IMG/VR virus record: IMGVR_UViG_3300046786_000304
Coordinates: 169,465-233,464 of that record
DNA: 64,000 bases
DNA from: a virus
Taxonomy: Duplodnaviria > Caudoviricetes
Strand: one strand, 5' to 3'
This document shows, in pieces, positions 10,294-20,423 of the stretch. The position numbers and the translations under genes are program-made. The notes beneath the pieces were generated by a model that saw only the letters and a list, made by a program, of their open reading frames with translations, did no database searches and was not told where the DNA came from. Every line of letters begins with the position of its first letter. The first letter of the stretch is position 1.

Positions 10294-10605
10294 GTGTTAA
10301 TGGCATCGGCAGCAGAACGACTAGGAATAGTTGAAACTAAGGTTGTAAACCTTGATAATAAAATCGACGAACTAAAAGTTGATGTAAAAGAAATGCACGA
10401 TTGTCTTGATAAGACTCGTGATGGTATTATGGAAAAGTTAGAAGAAATGTATGGTGCAAGTTGCAAACAGCATGAAGAACTAGCTAAAAAAGTATCAGCC
10501 ATGGAAAAGTTAAAAGACAAATATACCTATATCACCATGGGTGGAATTATTGTAATTAGTTGGGCTAGTGCTCACGCAGATAGGATTATAGCGTTATTAA
10601 AATGA
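10294..10605 (+). CDS. Coiled-coil protein with a C-terminal transmembrane helix (holin/XhlA-like architecture)
   Basis: Heptad region then YITMGGIIVISWASA; AAGGAG SD. Confidence 0.6.
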   Translation: MLMASAAERLGIVETKVVNLDNKIDELKVDVKEMHDCLDKTRDGIMEKLEEMYGASCKQHEELAKKVSAMEKLKDKYTYITMGGIIVISWASAHADRIIALLK

Positions 10606-10904
10606 ATGAATTTGAAGTTATAGTCGAAGACACAGAAGAGCCTTTAACAGAGGCTAAACGTGTTTGGGCTAAACGTGGTAAGAAATTAAAGCGCATGATT
10701 CGCTGTACTAGCGGTAAGAAAAAAGGCCGTACAGTTGCTAATGTTAGTGCTTGTAGTAAAGCAATTAATGTTAAGAAAAGATTCATGATGAAGCGCATTA
10801 GAAAACGCTTCAACGCAAAGATAGTTAGAAAAGCTAAAAGAACTAAAAAGTTTAATCCGTTGAGTAAGAGATTATCAACACTGAATAAATCAGTAAATAA
10901 GTAA
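10602..10904 (+). CDS. Highly basic Lys/Arg-rich protein
   Basis: Acidic N-terminus ending PLTEA, then a strongly K/R-rich body. Confidence 0.7.
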   Translation: MNEFEVIVEDTEEPLTEAKRVWAKRGKKLKRMIRCTSGKKKGRTVANVSACSKAINVKKRFMMKRIRKRFNAKIVRKAKRTKKFNPLSKRLSTLNKSVNK

Positions 10905-10916
10905 AGGCACAACAAT

Positions 10917-11336
10917 ATGGCAGACGATCGCAGTTTAAAAGATGTAATAAGATTCGTAGATCCCAGCGGGGATATGAGCGATGCTGACATTGCACAAGTT
11001 GGCCGTGAATTAAAATTCACCGAAGTGTTAGACCTAATTACTAAAGTCGGTAAAGACGATGTCGATGGAGCTAGAAACATATTAGCAAAATATGATGATA
11101 GATTTAACGTAGCTCAAGAATACAGCAATGCTCAACCTGGACCAGGTAGTAGTTTTAAACCTATTAAACCAGTTGGCTCTGTTCCTACTATGGCTCGTAG
11201 AAATACAAACCCAAATGGCCCTCAAGATGATGATACAGAAGGTGCGGAATTAGATTCTGCGCTTCAAGATCCTCAGACAAAAAATAGACCAGAAGTTAGA
11301 CAGATACAAAGTCTTTTACAAAGGATGAAGAGATGA
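10917..11336 (+). CDS. Hypothetical protein
   Basis: ORF in the coupled late operon. Confidence 0.7.
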   Translation: MADDRSLKDVIRFVDPSGDMSDADIAQVGRELKFTEVLDLITKVGKDDVDGARNILAKYDDRFNVAQEYSNAQPGPGSSFKPIKPVGSVPTMARRNTNPNGPQDDDTEGAELDSALQDPQTKNRPEVRQIQSLLQRMKR

Positions 11337-11719
11337 AAGTATTTGACCTTATAGCAGAAGGTTATCATGGCTTTACAGGTCACTTAAAAGACTTTGGTAA
11401 AGTTAAAAGGGAAATAGACCAATCAATTCCAAATGCCAGAATCGAACCGCAATTAAGAAACACTGATACTTATATGCAAGGTAGATATGGCATAGCGTTA
11501 GCGGCAGCTGCCTCCAATCAAGGAGAAAGCTTTGAACAAGAAAGCGCATGGGCTGAAAACCTAGGTATGTTAGCATATTCTGATGAAGAAATTAAAATTA
11601 TACAAGCCGCAGACAAGCTAATGGGCGTTAAAAGTGTTGCGCTCAGTAAAAAGAGTAAAGAGCGAGATGATATTGGATCATCTAGTCCGGTAGCAGATAC
11701 ATCATGGAGACGCAAATGA
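11333..11719 (+). CDS. Hypothetical protein, possible internal head protein
   Basis: ATGA overlap; N-terminus MKVFDLIAEG. Confidence 0.65.
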   Translation: MKVFDLIAEGYHGFTGHLKDFGKVKREIDQSIPNARIEPQLRNTDTYMQGRYGIALAAAASNQGESFEQESAWAENLGMLAYSDEEIKIIQAADKLMGVKSVALSKKSKERDDIGSSSPVADTSWRRK

Positions 11720-11931
11720 AAATCGGCGAATTAGTATCAGGTTTAAAATATATGGTTACTAATGAGCAAAGAGAAGTATTCAATTTGCTTAAACAAAACA
11801 ACGAAATACCCAGAACAGAATTAGACGAAAGACAGCATAGATTAGCAGAACAAATGTCCAGCCAAGGTCTAATAGATAGAATTTACAATGAAGAAACAGA
11901 AACGGTTAGTTACAAGCTATTCAACAAATAA
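11704..11931 (+). CDS. Hypothetical small winged-helix-like protein (likely start 11716)
   Basis: ATGA overlap at 11716. Confidence 0.6.
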   Translation: METQMKIGELVSGLKYMVTNEQREVFNLLKQNNEIPRTELDERQHRLAEQMSSQGLIDRIYNEETETVSYKLFNK

Positions 11932-12379
11932 AGTAGACGTTGATCGTTTACAGCAAAAAGTTGGAAGCATGTTAGATTCTAGCATACCAAAAAATATATT
12001 AGGCATGTTAGCAACATTAGAAGATACTGGGGAAAGTTTGGTATTTTATAAGCGTTGGAAACTTGTTCCACACGAAAAGAATAATTACGAAATCGTAGAC
12101 TTGTGGACTAATGAATCTGTTTATTCGCATATATCGTTATTCATTAGCGCAATGTATATGATATATCATATGAACAAACAAGTAGCTTATCCTTGCCCAA
12201 AAGAGCAATTAATCTACGGTGTTGACCAAGAATATTATAGGTGTATGGAAAATATAAGATTTTATGCTAAGAAATCCAACACTAAAGATATGGACAAATT
12301 AGAATTATTTTCGGCTAGAATTCAAGACAGCTATTACAAGCTCGACGAAATCAAAACCCGATTATCTAAAATATATTGA
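11888..12379 (+). CDS. Hypothetical protein
   Basis: 163-aa ORF within the operon. Confidence 0.65.
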   Translation: MKKQKRLVTSYSTNKVDVDRLQQKVGSMLDSSIPKNILGMLATLEDTGESLVFYKRWKLVPHEKNNYEIVDLWTNESVYSHISLFISAMYMIYHMNKQVAYPCPKEQLIYGVDQEYYRCMENIRFYAKKSNTKDMDKLELFSARIQDSYYKLDEIKTRLSKIY

Positions 12380-13104
12380 TAAATAAACAAAAGGATACCT
12401 TAACCATGAATACTTCAGAAATTTTTAATCCAGCACAGCGTAAACAGCGTGTCATTGAAAGTTTTTTAAACAGCCATTACGGCCTTAAGTTGCAAGCTCA
12501 CGGCGATGTTGTACAAGTACAGACTTTAATTAATAAGTTAGTTACTGAAAATCATCACATGGCCAGCACAACTAGAAACTATCAAAATACAGATCGTTAT
12601 GTAAAGAACACAATGATCATTGAAGCATTAAAGCATATTCTTAAAGAAATTGCTCCTATGCGTACAGTTCGTAAAATGAACGAGCAAAGCGGTGAAGATC
12701 TAGCTCAAGCTGAATTGATCTTAGTTGCTCAAAACATGGTAGAAGAACTACAGAAAATGGCTGAAGATGTTGCTCAAATGCAAACTGATGACTTGATGCC
12801 ATTGGAAGAGAAAATGAAAACTACATTTGGTCAAGAACAAGGTCAGGCATTTGGCTCCAGCGCAGACCAAGTATTTGCTACTTTATTAGATGCAGTTAAG
12901 GCTGCCAAAGACGAATTAAGCAATGCAGTTGGCGTACTTAAAGGCGAAGCTCCTGCTATGCCTGGTGTAGGCGGTGATGAGATGGGCGGCGCAGATTTAG
13001 GTCAAACAGGCGGCGCACTAGACGCACTAGCAGGCGATGAATTTGGCGCAGCCGATGCAGCATCAGGCGAAGAAGAATTACCAACAGGCCGCGATCTAAA
13101 GTAA
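12376..13104 (+). CDS. Helical acidic protein, possibly scaffold/core-like
   Basis: ATAAATA upstream; long helical E/Q/A-rich region and acidic Gly-rich tail. Confidence 0.6.
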   Translation: MINKQKDTLTMNTSEIFNPAQRKQRVIESFLNSHYGLKLQAHGDVVQVQTLINKLVTENHHMASTTRNYQNTDRYVKNTMIIEALKHILKEIAPMRTVRKMNEQSGEDLAQAELILVAQNMVEELQKMAEDVAQMQTDDLMPLEEKMKTTFGQEQGQAFGSSADQVFATLLDAVKAAKDELSNAVGVLKGEAPAMPGVGGDEMGGADLGQTGGALDALAGDEFGAADAASGEEELPTGRDLK

Positions 13105-13433
13105 TGAGACTATTTGAATTTGTTGACAGCGATGCAGAATTATTGGGCTTAATTAAGCCCATTCTGCTTCGTGCCAAAGCAGAAGGCGCAACTGATATTC
13201 CTATGACTCAGTTGTTAAATGATCTAGACAATAGAGATGAAATTACTCCTGAGTTAATGATAGATATCTTACGCAGACACAGAAAAGATTTAAAAAATAT
13301 TGTTACAACGGCAACAGTCGATAGTATTGTATTGAACACTGGACCTGCTAAAGTAATGACATCAAAACAAGATCAAGATGTTAACAAAATGAAAAACACA
13401 GCATTAAAACAAGCATTGGGTAACCTAAAATGA
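13104..13433 (+). CDS. Hypothetical protein
   Basis: TAATG overlap. Confidence 0.7.
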   Translation: MRLFEFVDSDAELLGLIKPILLRAKAEGATDIPMTQLLNDLDNRDEITPELMIDILRRHRKDLKNIVTTATVDSIVLNTGPAKVMTSKQDQDVNKMKNTALKQALGNLK

Positions 13434-13771
13434 AAAACATAATGTTAACAGCTACACAAGCACGTGCTAAGTCACAAAATGATTCATTGGTTTTCAATGA
13501 GATTAGAGATATCGAAGATGCTATTTTAACTGCTATTGACAATGGATTATATGAAGCTATTGTCAGCGGTACAACTATGACAGCAACAACAAGTCCAGAA
13601 TCTTTAACTGCTATTGTATATTTTAATACATGGCAAGGCAGTATCGATGATAGAGCCAAGTATCTACAAATGGGACAAATCCTAACATACTTTACCGATT
13701 TAGGATACGCAATTGAACGCAGAACAAATGCGTTAACTGGCAATACATTCAAATGGGTTGTTAGTTGGTAA
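13430..13771 (+). CDS. Hypothetical virion-block protein
   Basis: ATGA overlap. Confidence 0.7.
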   Translation: MKNIMLTATQARAKSQNDSLVFNEIRDIEDAILTAIDNGLYEAIVSGTTMTATTSPESLTAIVYFNTWQGSIDDRAKYLQMGQILTYFTDLGYAIERRTNALTGNTFKWVVSW

Positions 13772-13816
13772 TGTCGCTATAGACATTACTGTAACAAGAG
13801 TGTAAAATAACACTCT

Positions 13817-14479
13817 ATGCTATTCAATCCAATATATCAATACCAAACATTAAAGCGAGTTGAGTCCAATGGGTCTCGACTTTATGAAACACCTGCAGGT
13901 AAAGTTGCCAGTGTTACTACTATATTAGATTCAACTAAAGATAAAACATTCTTAATTGAATGGCGTAAGCGTGTAGGAGATGCCGAAGCAACTCGCATTA
14001 GTACAGAGTCAGCGGGCCTAGGTACACTAATGCACAAACACTTAGAAAATTATGCCATGGGCCTTGAACGACCTAAGGGTAATAATGTAGTTCAGGAAAT
14101 GGCACGTGCCATGGCTGATACTATGATTAATCAAGCCTTTCCTTTGATTGACGAAGTATGGGGCATTGAAGCTAGTTTATATTTTCCCGGATTGTATGCT
14201 GGTACCAGTGACATGATCGGCGTACACGAAGGTAAGCCATCAATCATTGATCATAAGACAACTAAAAAGCCTAAAAAGAAAGAATGGATCGAAGATTACT
14301 TTCTACAATGTTGTGCGTATGCGTTAGCGCATAATGAAGTACATGGCACTGACATTAAGAAAGCAGTAATTAATATTATTGACAGGGACGCAAAGTTACA
14401 AAGCTTTGTAATCGAAGGTAATGAGTTTGATTATTATAGTATAGAATGGACCAAGAGAGTTGACCAGTTTTATAAATAA
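13817..14479 (+). CDS. PD-(D/E)xK exonuclease (Cas4/RecB-like phage exonuclease)
   Basis: SVTTIL, GTLMHKHLE, YAGTSD, IIDHKT, FLQCCAYALA. Confidence 0.85.
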   Translation: MLFNPIYQYQTLKRVESNGSRLYETPAGKVASVTTILDSTKDKTFLIEWRKRVGDAEATRISTESAGLGTLMHKHLENYAMGLERPKGNNVVQEMARAMADTMINQAFPLIDEVWGIEASLYFPGLYAGTSDMIGVHEGKPSIIDHKTTKKPKKKEWIEDYFLQCCAYALAHNEVHGTDIKKAVINIIDRDAKLQSFVIEGNEFDYYSIEWTKRVDQFYK

Positions 14480-14499
14480 CATTTTAAAGCAGGATTAAT

Positions 14500-14952
14500 G
14501 TGCATCACGATTTAACTGTTTGGTACGGAACAACAACTGAAAAAATTTTAGCTTGGAGAGAATTACGAACTAAGCTATTAGACAAAACACCCGAAGAATT
14601 AATTGAAGATGTTGATCAATGGTGGACATTTACACCATGGGTACGCAAAACAATAGATCCTTTTAAACCAGATACATGGCCTACGCCATGGGACATGATT
14701 AATCGAGGCGAGTTTTGTAGAAGCGCAATAGCACTAGGACAGGCATATACATTGTGGATGTGTTGTCCGCAACTTAACACTGAGCTTTGGTTAGTGAATA
14801 ATTTCAGTGAAAAAGATGTACATCTAGTAGTAGTTATTGATGAGAAGACAGTGCTAAATTACACACTAGGTCATGTTTTAAAACTAGAAGACTGTAACTT
14901 TGAGGTTCTAAATAAAGTTACCAGAAATGAATTGAACCACATTAAAATATAA
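14500..14952 (+). CDS. Hypothetical protein, possible transglutaminase-like Cys-His fold
   Basis: GEFCRSAIA and DVHLVVVID segments; GTG start. Confidence 0.5.
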   Translation: MHHDLTVWYGTTTEKILAWRELRTKLLDKTPEELIEDVDQWWTFTPWVRKTIDPFKPDTWPTPWDMINRGEFCRSAIALGQAYTLWMCCPQLNTELWLVNNFSEKDVHLVVVIDEKTVLNYTLGHVLKLEDCNFEVLNKVTRNELNHIKI

Positions 14953-15027
14953 TAAAATAAACTGTAACAGAAGTTAAATAGACTACTAAGAATTAAAAGC
15001 AGTACAAAGAAAAAAGGAATTACATAC

Positions 15028-17373
15028 ATGATAACATCTAACAAGCCCATTACAGTTTTAAAGCGCAGTGGCAACTATGAAGAACTACACATAGAAAAAT
15101 GGCAAGCCCAAGTAGCTAAAATTTGTAAAGGTATAGCAGATGTTAGTCAATCGATGATCGAGATTAAAGCACAACCGCATTTCTATGACGGCATTACTAC
15201 TCGAGAAATTGATGAGATTACATTACGGGCTATCGTCAACCTTATCGACGTTGAATCAAATCCAGACATTGGCAATATTAACTATCAATACGTAGCCGGC
15301 AAACAGCGTGTGAGTATGCTACGCAAAGATGTATACGGTTCATACAAGCCTCCGCACCTTTATGACATTGTACTAAAGAATGTCAGCGTCGGTTTATACA
15401 CACCAGAATTGTTAGAATGGTATACTCCTGAAGACTGGGACAAAATGAATGCCATGCTTGATCATGAAAAAGACGAGCAATATAGTTATGCCGCCATCGA
15501 ACAATTAATTGAAAAGTATCTTGTACGCAATCGTAGTACAAAAGACATTTACGAAACTCCACAGATTAGATACATGGTTGCGGCAGCAACGGTGTTTCAT
15601 AAAGAAGAGCCAAATGCGGCTCGTATGCGTTACATTAAGGAATATTACAATGCGGCTTCTGACGGCTTATTCACTCTCGCTACTCCTGTTCTTGCTGGGC
15701 TTGGGACTCCTACAAAGCAGTTCAGTAGTTGTGTACTCATTCGCAGTGATGATGACCTTGACTCCATTTTTGCTAGTGGCGAAATGATGGCCAAGTATGC
15801 CAGCAAGCGAGCAGGCATTGGTTTAGAAATTGGACGCTTACGTCCATTAGGCAGTCCCATCCGTGGCGGAGAAATCATGCACACTGGTATGATTCCTTTC
15901 CTTAAGAAATGGTTTGGTGATTTGCGCTCGTGCTCACAAGGAGGCATTCGTAATGCTAGTGCTACAGTTTTTTATCCTATTTGGCATCATCAGTTTGATG
16001 ATCTTATCGTCCTTAAGAACAATCAAGGAACAGAAGAAACCCGAGTCCGTCATATGGATTATGGGGTTGTGCTTAGTGCTTTCTTCTGGAGACGATTTAA
16101 AAACAAAGAAGCAATAACTTTCTTTGACCCTAACGAAGTACCCGATCTATATGAAGCTTTCTATTCCAATACTAAACTGTTTGAAGAACTTTACGTCAAA
16201 TATGAAAACACGCCCGGCCTCCGTAAGAAAACGATGGCTGCGGAAGAAGTTTTCAAGAGTGGTATTCTCAAAGAGAGAACAGACACTGGACGTATATATC
16301 TAGTATTCGTCGACAATGTAATGAATCAAGGACCATTTGATCCTGAGTATCATACAATTTACCAGAGTAATCTTTGCTGTGAAATTCTTTTACCTACTAA
16401 ATCCTTTAAACGTTTGGATGACAGCGATGGTCGTATCGCACTATGCACATTGGGCTCAATCAATTGGGGTGCGTTCCGTAACCCAGAAGACATGCGCCGT
16501 GCTTGCCGCATATTGCATCGTAGCCTCAATAACATTCTTGACTATCAAGACTTTCTTTCCATCCAGTCTAAATTATCCAACGATGAAATCAGACCACTTG
16601 GAATCGGTATCACCAACCTTGCCTACTGGCACGCCAAGCGAAGTTTCAAATACGGAGAACGAGACGCCTTGGCTGAAGTCAAGGCGTGGATGGAACATCA
16701 AGCCTACTACCTAACAGAAGCCAGTGTTGAACTTGCTAAAGAACGCGGCAAGTGTGAAGGCAGTGATAAGACACGTTATGGACAAGGCACTTTCCCTTGG
16801 GAACTACGTGCTAATGGTGTTAACGAACTAGCAGACTTCACACCAGAATTAGATTGGGAAACACTACGCACACAAATGAAAGAACACGGTGTTCGAAATG
16901 CTACACAAATGGCAGTTGCTCCTGTTGAAAGTTCTAGTGTTGTTATTAATAGTACAAATGGTATTGAAATGCCAATGAGCTTGATTAGTACTAAAGAAAG
17001 TAAAGCTGGATCATTTACACAAGTTGTTCCTGAATATCACAAGTTAAAAAACAAGTATCAACTAATGTGGGAACAGAAAGACTGCGATGGTTACTTAAAG
17101 ACAGCCAGTGTTATTGCCGCTTATGTTGACCAAAGTATTTCGACTAACACATTCTATAATCCAGCTCACTTTGCTGATAGAAAAGTTCCAACAACATTGA
17201 TTGCTAAGAACTTGATGCAAAGTCACTACTGGGGTTTGAAGACTTTCTACTATAGCTTGATTAACAAAGCAGGTAGTAAAGCAGTAGAAGAACAACAACC
17301 TGATAATGTTATCAGCTTGAATTTTAACCAACAAGATGAACTAGACGACGATTGCGAAGCATGTAAATTATGA
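15028..17373 (+). CDS. nrdA: Ribonucleotide reductase class Ia alpha subunit with ATP cone
   Basis: FSSCVL, SNLCCEI, APVESSS and C-terminal CEACKL; no intron or intein. Confidence 0.97.
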   Translation: MITSNKPITVLKRSGNYEELHIEKWQAQVAKICKGIADVSQSMIEIKAQPHFYDGITTREIDEITLRAIVNLIDVESNPDIGNINYQYVAGKQRVSMLRKDVYGSYKPPHLYDIVLKNVSVGLYTPELLEWYTPEDWDKMNAMLDHEKDEQYSYAAIEQLIEKYLVRNRSTKDIYETPQIRYMVAAATVFHKEEPNAARMRYIKEYYNAASDGLFTLATPVLAGLGTPTKQFSSCVLIRSDDDLDSIFASGEMMAKYASKRAGIGLEIGRLRPLGSPIRGGEIMHTGMIPFLKKWFGDLRSCSQGGIRNASATVFYPIWHHQFDDLIVLKNNQGTEETRVRHMDYGVVLSAFFWRRFKNKEAITFFDPNEVPDLYEAFYSNTKLFEELYVKYENTPGLRKKTMAAEEVFKSGILKERTDTGRIYLVFVDNVMNQGPFDPEYHTIYQSNLCCEILLPTKSFKRLDDSDGRIALCTLGSINWGAFRNPEDMRRACRILHRSLNNILDYQDFLSIQSKLSNDEIRPLGIGITNLAYWHAKRSFKYGERDALAEVKAWMEHQAYYLTEASVELAKERGKCEGSDKTRYGQGTFPWELRANGVNELADFTPELDWETLRTQMKEHGVRNATQMAVAPVESSSVVINSTNGIEMPMSLISTKESKAGSFTQVVPEYHKLKNKYQLMWEQKDCDGYLKTASVIAAYVDQSISTNTFYNPAHFADRKVPTTLIAKNLMQSHYWGLKTFYYSLINKAGSKAVEEQQPDNVISLNFNQQDELDDDCEACKL

Positions 17374-18479
17374 GTAAACAACAATACAACCTAAACACTA
17401 AAACAGACTATTTGAATCGTAAGATGTTTTTGGATCCACAAGGTCCAGTTACTATTCAACGATTTGAAGAAGTAAAGTATAACAAGATTGCTGACTTTGA
17501 AAAAACAGCACGTGGCTTCTTTTGGGTACCAGAAGAAATTAGTTTAACTAAAGATGCCAACGACTTTAAAGATGCTAGCGATGCTGTCAAGCATATCTTT
17601 ACCAGTAACTTGTTACGTCAAACAGCATTAGATAGTTTACAAGGTCGTGGTCCTAGTCAGGTTTTCGCGCCTGTGATATCTTTGCCTGAGCTAGAAGCGT
17701 TGGTATACAATTGGACATTCTTTGAAACTAATATTCATAGTCGCAGTTACAGTCATATCATTCGTAACATTTATAATGTGCCTAAAGAAGTATTCAATAC
17801 AATTCATGACACGCAAGAAATTATTGACATGGCTAGTAGTGTTGGCAACTACTATGAAAATCTACATCAGATTAATTGTTTAAAAGAAACTACACCTCTT
17901 TTAAACTATTGGGATGAGAAAAGGCACATCAAAGCAATCTATATGGCACTACATGCTAGCTATGCTTTAGAAGCATTCCGCTTTATGGTATCATTTGCGA
18001 CAAGTTTAGCAATGGTTGAGAATAAAATCTTTATTGGTAACGGTAATATCATTAGTTTGATTTTACAGGACGAACTATTACACAAAGGATGGACAGCCTT
18101 CTTGATCAATCAAGTAGTTAAAGAAGATCCACGCTTTGCCGCCGTTAAACAAGAATGCGAAGCAGAAGTATATCAGCTATACATGGATGTTATCCGTGAA
18201 GAAAAAGCATGGGCAGATTATTTGTTTAACAAAGGTCCGGTTATTGGATTGAACGCCAATATCTTAAAAGACTTTGTTGATTATACAGCGGTTAACGCTT
18301 TAAAGGATATAGGTATTAAATATCAAAGTCCTGCGCCAAAATCTACTCCTATTCCTTGGTTTAATAAACACAGCGATACTAGTAAGAAACAAACCGCATT
18401 ACAAGAAAACGAATCAACTAATTATGTTATCGGCGTCATGAGCGATAGTATTGATTATGATGCGTTGCCTGCACTATAA
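17370..18479 (+). CDS. nrdB: Ribonucleotide reductase class Ia beta subunit
   Basis: FWVPEE, ETNIHSRSY, QDELLH di-iron motifs; C-terminal ENESTNYV. Confidence 0.97.
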   Translation: MSKQQYNLNTKTDYLNRKMFLDPQGPVTIQRFEEVKYNKIADFEKTARGFFWVPEEISLTKDANDFKDASDAVKHIFTSNLLRQTALDSLQGRGPSQVFAPVISLPELEALVYNWTFFETNIHSRSYSHIIRNIYNVPKEVFNTIHDTQEIIDMASSVGNYYENLHQINCLKETTPLLNYWDEKRHIKAIYMALHASYALEAFRFMVSFATSLAMVENKIFIGNGNIISLILQDELLHKGWTAFLINQVVKEDPRFAAVKQECEAEVYQLYMDVIREEKAWADYLFNKGPVIGLNANILKDFVDYTAVNALKDIGIKYQSPAPKSTPIPWFNKHSDTSKKQTALQENESTNYVIGVMSDSIDYDALPAL

Positions 18480-18488
18480 GGAGATCGT

Positions 18489-18650
18489 ATGACATTTGAT
18501 GAAAAAGTAAAAATGTTTTGCCCAATGGAAGGCACAAAGTTCGAAGGACATTGTGTCGAAAACTTTGCTACAATTAGAGTTAAAACAGCAAAATGCGATC
18601 ATGCTGAATATTGCGAAAATCTTAAAAAAGAGTTAGAAGAAGCGAAATGA
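18489..18650 (+). CDS. Small Cys-containing protein (53 aa; not in the ORF track)
   Basis: AGGAG SD; MTFDEKVKMFCPME...CDHAEYC...; ATGA overlap with the next gene. Confidence 0.6.
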   Translation: MTFDEKVKMFCPMEGTKFEGHCVENFATIRVKTAKCDHAEYCENLKKELEEAK

Positions 18651-19072
18651 AAATTAATGAATTAGAAAATGCAATAACAGATGCGTGGTTTGATAAAGCT
18701 AGTATACAAGTTGCAAAAAAAGCAAATCCTATAAATTATAAAAGAGCTATCGAACCAGGCAGCATTGAAACATTAGAAGGCCCGGTAAATTATCAAGCCG
18801 GCTATTATATTATCACTGGACCAAAAGGCGAACAATATCCTATTCCGCCTGCTAAGTTTAATGAACTATATGATGATAACAAAGATAACACAGCAATACC
18901 TAAGAAGATTATCAAAGTTGCTAAACTAGCCGATCACGACGGTGTTGTAAATACTAGTTGGGGCGAACCACTAAATTATACAGCAGGTAATGATTATATT
19001 GTACGCCATGGCCAAGGAGATTATGGCGTTGTAAAGAAAGATATTTTCGCACAAACATACGAAGAGGTTTAA
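18647..19072 (+). CDS. PGDYG-like domain protein
   Basis: Duplicated QAGYYIITGPKGEQYPI / TAGNDYIVRHGQGDYGVV modules. Confidence 0.6.
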   Translation: MKINELENAITDAWFDKASIQVAKKANPINYKRAIEPGSIETLEGPVNYQAGYYIITGPKGEQYPIPPAKFNELYDDNKDNTAIPKKIIKVAKLADHDGVVNTSWGEPLNYTAGNDYIVRHGQGDYGVVKKDIFAQTYEEV

Positions 19073-19073
19073 T

Positions 19074-19232
19074 ATGCAAGTAAGAGTAAAAGAACAACAA
19101 GAAGAATTTGGCAGTTGCGGTTGCGGTCGTAGTCCTACTGGACAATGTTGCGGTTGGCACGGCCTTACCGAAGAAGAATATCAAGCTGAGTTAGAAAAAT
19201 ACGAAGCTAATTTATTTGAGGACGAAGAATGA
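19074..19232 (+). CDS. Small CDGSH-like Fe-S protein (52 aa; not in the ORF track)
   Basis: MQVRVKEQQEEFGSCGCGRSPTGQCCGWHGLTEEEY...; GAGG SD; ATGA overlap with glutaredoxin. Confidence 0.65.
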   Translation: MQVRVKEQQEEFGSCGCGRSPTGQCCGWHGLTEEEYQAELEKYEANLFEDEE

Positions 19233-19480
19233 AAGTAGAAATTTATACAAAGGACGCATGTACTTATTGCGTACAAGCAAAGAATTTAATGAAAAGTAAA
19301 GGCTGGGAATTCACAGAACATTACATCAATGCACAGTCTAGAGAGATATTGTTAGAACAACTAACAACAAGATTAGGTACACCTCCACGTACGGTACCTC
19401 AAATCTTTATCGATGATCAAGCTATCGGCGGTTATACTGAACTAGTACAATGGATTAAAAATGTCAACACAAACCAATAA
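19229..19480 (+). CDS. Glutaredoxin (RNR electron donor)
   Basis: CTYC active site; TVPQIFI and GGY motifs. Confidence 0.93.
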   Translation: MKVEIYTKDACTYCVQAKNLMKSKGWEFTEHYINAQSREILLEQLTTRLGTPPRTVPQIFIDDQAIGGYTELVQWIKNVNTNQ

Positions 19481-20414
19481 TGATCCTTTTTCTAAGTCTA
19501 CTGGCACTGCCTATGAACCCGGCTTTGGTACAATGACTCGTGATTTTAATTATTCAGAAATTAAAACGATACCGTTCAACGAAGTAGCAAATTATGTAAA
19601 AAATTCCAAGGACAAATCTTGGTGTGTTGTTAGGATTGAACCAGTTTGGGATAAAGAAAAATTCTTAAAGGATGCGAGAGAAAATTCTTTGTTGATTCCT
19701 TATATGAAAAAGGATCCTGAAATATACAGTGAGTCCTATGAAGGTGTGTCTATACAAAAGACCAAGCGTGAACTAACCAATCACGAAGAAAATTATAACA
19801 GCATTCAGCGAAATGTCTTACCAGGCGAACCTATCTTGTTTGGTGACGGAACATTATATTATACTAAAGACGGTTTGTCTAAAACTCCTACACCTAACAT
19901 TCAATTAATTGAAATGGATGAAAAAAAACGAGCTATCTGGGAGATGATATCTAAAAAACCAGCAGTATCGGCACCGCAGTATTTAAATGACTGGGCAGGA
20001 GTATTTTCTGACTTTTTAATAAGGCTAGCAGAAAAAGGATTGATTTGTTTAAGGGGTAGATATCTAAGAACAATACCCGGACAATACGCAGGACGTCATT
20101 GGGACGGGGAGTGTAGACTGCATATCCCATTATGGACAAATGACAAAGTGTTCACTACATTTTTCGATGCCAAACAAAATTATGCACAACTAGACAAATA
20201 CCACATGCCAGCAGACGGCTCTGCTTATTTGTTTAATGCCCACGTGGCACATAATTTTGGTAATTTTGGTGATGAAGTGCGTACCCACGCAGTATTTGGT
20301 ATAACAAGTGAATATCATAGCGCATGGAAAGAAGCTCAGCCGCATTTAACTACATATGAAGATGTATTACATGATTATGTCAAAGATTTGATGAGAGTTC
20401 GAAATATTAAATAA
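19461..20414 (+). CDS. Asp/Asn beta-hydroxylase-like 2OG-Fe(II) oxygenase
   Basis: HWD...RLHIPL...GSAYLFN..VAH...RTHAV facial-triad pattern. Confidence 0.7.
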   Translation: MSTQTNNDPFSKSTGTAYEPGFGTMTRDFNYSEIKTIPFNEVANYVKNSKDKSWCVVRIEPVWDKEKFLKDARENSLLIPYMKKDPEIYSESYEGVSIQKTKRELTNHEENYNSIQRNVLPGEPILFGDGTLYYTKDGLSKTPTPNIQLIEMDEKKRAIWEMISKKPAVSAPQYLNDWAGVFSDFLIRLAEKGLICLRGRYLRTIPGQYAGRHWDGECRLHIPLWTNDKVFTTFFDAKQNYAQLDKYHMPADGSAYLFNAHVAHNFGNFGDEVRTHAVFGITSEYHSAWKEAQPHLTTYEDVLHDYVKDLMRVRNIK

Positions 20415-20423
20415 AGAGGATAT

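Noticed and set aside
13817-14479. Cas4 / CRISPR system
   Set aside because: No CRISPR array or other cas genes, and no four-Cys Fe-S motif; this is an ordinary phage PD-(D/E)xK exonuclease.
15028-18479. Intron, intein or homing endonuclease in nrdAB
   Set aside because: Both ORFs are continuous and of normal length.
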